Origin: Candidatus Kaiserbacteria bacterium
GTDB taxonomy: Bacteria; Patescibacteriota; Minisyncoccia; Phycocordibacterales; UBA918
Assembly: GCA_043719825.1 (NCBI GenBank)
Contig: JAYSTK010000171.1
Span: 1 to 55,154, forward strand
Length of the DNA stretch: 55,154 nt
Direction: 5' to 3'
The notes under the pieces were generated by a model. The model ran no database searches. It saw only the letters and a list, made by a program, of their open reading frames with translations, and was not told the DNA's origin. The stretch's first letter is position 1. Each line of letters begins with the position of its first letter. Both the position numbers and the translations under genes were made by a program. Below are positions 53,292 to 55,154 of this stretch, piece after piece.

Positions 53292-53397
53292 AGCGTATCT
53301 ACTACTTTATTAATGAATAACCCATTATAGCATGATTTTGAGCCGTTCTAGTATTTTTTATATTACGTCACTCTGATAATATGGCTGTCAAAAAATC

Positions 53398-54231
53398 CTA
53401 TTTTAAGCCACAAAGCAGGCTTGCTTCTGTAAGAATTGCCTCAGTTTTAAGTGTGTTAAGCCCGAGAGGAAGAAGAGCGTGCACATTTTTGAGTAGATCA
53501 GAACATGTAATTATTCCTGCCAAAAGCAACATTTGCTTCTGTCCTGTCGATATTTTAGTGAGAACAGTGATTGGGTACACACCGAATTTTTCTATCATGT
53601 CATGCAGTGAGTTTTGTTTTGGATAATCCCAACTGAGGAGATTAATTCCCGTGCATGCAGCATACTTTATCGCAGCATCTGTGAATTTTGTATTTGTTAT
53701 TACAGAAAGAGAAATGATACCGCACTGATCTCCTTTGCAAATGCGCTCATCTTTTAAGTCGAGGAAGCGAGCGTATGAATACATCGCTACTTGGAGATCT
53801 GATTTTATTCCCGGTTGCGCATGAAATTTAGCTTCTGCTACAAAGCTGTGCGTTGGTGAATACGCAGCAAGATCTATTTCGTGTGTAACACATTTACCTT
53901 TAATAAATAATCTGCGTTTTGTGATATATCCTTGCGCTTCAAATAGTTTCCCAAGATAATCCTCAAATGGAAATCCAGTAGGTCCTAAGTTAAAAACGGC
54001 ACGTCGGAGTGAGTATTTTGCCGCGACGGGATCATTTTGGTTAGTGCGGAGTAGTTCAAAAGCCTTTTTATAAATTTCTTGAGTACGTGCACCGTTAATG
54101 AGTGTTGCTTCAACCTCACGTACAATGTCACTAATCTGACTTTTTTCTGCACCTGCACGCTTAAGAGAAGTTTCTAGTTTACGGACATTAAACTCCTCAA
54201 TCGTTCCATCAGCTTTTGTAATTTGCATCAC
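53398..54231 (-). CDS. ATP-cone domain fused to a Mrr-like PD-(D/E)XK restriction endonuclease domain
   Basis: N-terminal ATP-cone pattern (ITKADGTIEEFNVRKLETSLKRAGA...EIYKKAFELL). C-terminal LGKLFEAQGY...HEIDLAAY...VAEAKFH (D...EAK). Confidence 0.68.
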   Translation of the reverse strand: MMQITKADGTIEEFNVRKLETSLKRAGAEKSQISDIVREVEATLINGARTQEIYKKAFELLRTNQNDPVAAKYSLRRAVFNLGPTGFPFEDYLGKLFEAQGYITKRRLFIKGKCVTHEIDLAAYSPTHSFVAEAKFHAQPGIKSDLQVAMYSYARFLDLKDERICKGDQCGIISLSVITNTKFTDAAIKYAACTGINLLSWDYPKQNSLHDMIEKFGVYPITVLTKISTGQKQMLLLAGIITCSDLLKNVHALLPLGLNTLKTEAILTEASLLCGLK

Positions 54232-54312
54232 GTAGAGATTATTGATTCGTAAGCGCCATATTTATATGATATCAGATTTCATTTTAGTTTAAATATAACT
54301 TTGAACATTTTG

Positions 54313-55154
54313 TTAAGAAATAATTCCGCCGCCGCAGCATTCATTTCCATTGTAGAGTACACACGATTGGCCTCGCATGGGTGCAGTTACTCTGTCTTTA
54401 AGAATTATATTTGCTTCACTATTTTCTTCTTTCGTAATTTCTATAGCTACCGGTGTTTGACGATACCTAAATTGTGCTGTCTTACTCCCACGTAAGGTGC
54501 CTACAAATTTGTTCACGGAAGTGAGTGCTACAGTCTCTTCTAATTCATAAAAAGGTGTTTGGCTAGATACGGTAATAGTGTTTTTTTCAATATTTCTCCC
54601 TATTACATAATGCGCAGTGTTCAGCGTTGATTCAGTACTAATAGAATATCCATGACGTTCTCCAAGAGTATAAAGCAGCGCTCCTTCGTGAGTCCCTATA
54701 CAATTGCCGTCTTCGTCAAGAACCTCACCTTTTTCAAGAGAAATATAGTGTGAAAGAAATTCTTTCATATTGATGTCTCCCAAGAAGCAGACACCTTGGC
54801 TGTCAGCTTTATCGAAGGTCGGAATATGAGCTTCTTCTGCTTCTTTACGTATGACTGATTTCTCTGAATCACCGATTGGAAAAAGAATGACGGGAAGTAA
54901 TTCTGGTTTGATGCGCCATAGAAAGTAGCTCTGGTCCTTAGTAGTATCAACGCCCCTGTGGAGATGGTAGGTACCATCATTTGAAGTAATTATTTGAGCA
55001 TAATGACCTGTGGCAATTTTGTCTGCACCATTTTGAAGAGCCCATTGTAAAAAGGCACCAAATTTTACATGTTCATTACACATAACGTCCGGATTAGGGG
55101 TGATACCTGCTTTATATGAATTAATCATATAATCCGCAACTTCTTTTTTGTACG
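54313..55154 (-). CDS. mnmA: tRNA-specific 2-thiouridylase MnmA, N-terminus beyond the window
   Basis: GITPNPDVMCN, KIATGHYAQI, KDQSYFLW. The reading frame stays open to the right edge (…RTKKEVADYMINSYKAG…). Confidence 0.9.
   Translation of the reverse strand, partial: YKKEVADYMINSYKAGITPNPDVMCNEHVKFGAFLQWALQNGADKIATGHYAQIITSNDGTYHLHRGVDTTKDQSYFLWRIKPELLPVILFPIGDSEKSVIRKEAEEAHIPTFDKADSQGVCFLGDINMKEFLSHYISLEKGEVLDEDGNCIGTHEGALLYTLGERHGYSISTESTLNTAHYVIGRNIEKNTITVSSQTPFYELEETVALTSVNKFVGTLRGSKTAQFRYRQTPVAIEITKEENSEANIILKDRVTAPMRGQSCVLYNGNECCGGGIIS

Noticed and set aside
1-55154. Scan for tRNA, rRNA, CRISPR arrays, transposases and integrases
   Set aside because: No T-loop (GGTTCRANTCC) context with cloverleaf potential appears in any intergenic region. 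No regularly spaced direct repeats were found. No ORF carries DDE transposase, tyrosine-recombinase or serine-recombinase motifs.

Overview
This is an AT-rich, very compact bacterial segment, coded almost entirely on the minus strand. Its style suggests a Patescibacteria/CPR (Parcubacteria-like) genome: shortened aaRSs, tiny or overlapping gene junctions, and many small membrane-anchored hypotheticals. That taxonomic call is inference only.

Backbone genes, read in minus-strand order from right to left:
- mnmA (5'-truncated by the window edge)
- a nuclease/repair group (ATP-cone::Mrr-like nuclease, Cas4-like nuclease, single-domain MGMT, HD alarmone-hydrolase-like protein)
- an M16 peptidase pair, then alaS
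- the infA-rpmJ-rpsM-rpsK-rpsD-rpoA-rplQ-rplM-rpsI block
- grpE-dnaK-dnaJ
- trpS, and a T-box-controlled aspS operon
- scpA/scpB
- a cell-wall block (D-Ala-D-Ala carboxypeptidase, mraY, ftsW, murG)
- gltX and an M23 peptidase (open at the left edge)

I found no tRNA, rRNA, CRISPR array, transposase or integrase.

Most notable observations:
1. The T-box leader precedes a tightly packed operon: aspS, a YdfG-like SDR, a 664-aa fusion, an amidohydrolase_2 protein and pepA. The fusion joins a glutamyl-tRNA-reductase-like domain to an AspRS/AsnRS-type class II catalytic core that lacks an anticodon-binding domain. I know of no described counterpart.
2. A three-gene operon looks like a graspetide (omega-ester RiPP) cluster: an MdnC-type ATP-grasp maturase, an EreA/Tiki-like hydrolase and a 57-aa candidate precursor.
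3. A visibly GC-richer plus-strand cassette holds a guanylate-kinase-like protein, a frameshifted PreA/DHOD-like Fe-S flavoprotein and a Zn-ribbon protein. It sits in an insertion bounded by a diverged duplicate of the trpS 5' end.
4. A second insertion, a metzincin cassette, is bounded by a duplicated histidine-kinase 3' end.
5. Two orphan structured sRNA candidates have consensus promoters and terminators.
6. A recurrent structured intergenic element occurs in at least four copies.

All homology statements are by-eye motif recognition. No database search or computation was run.
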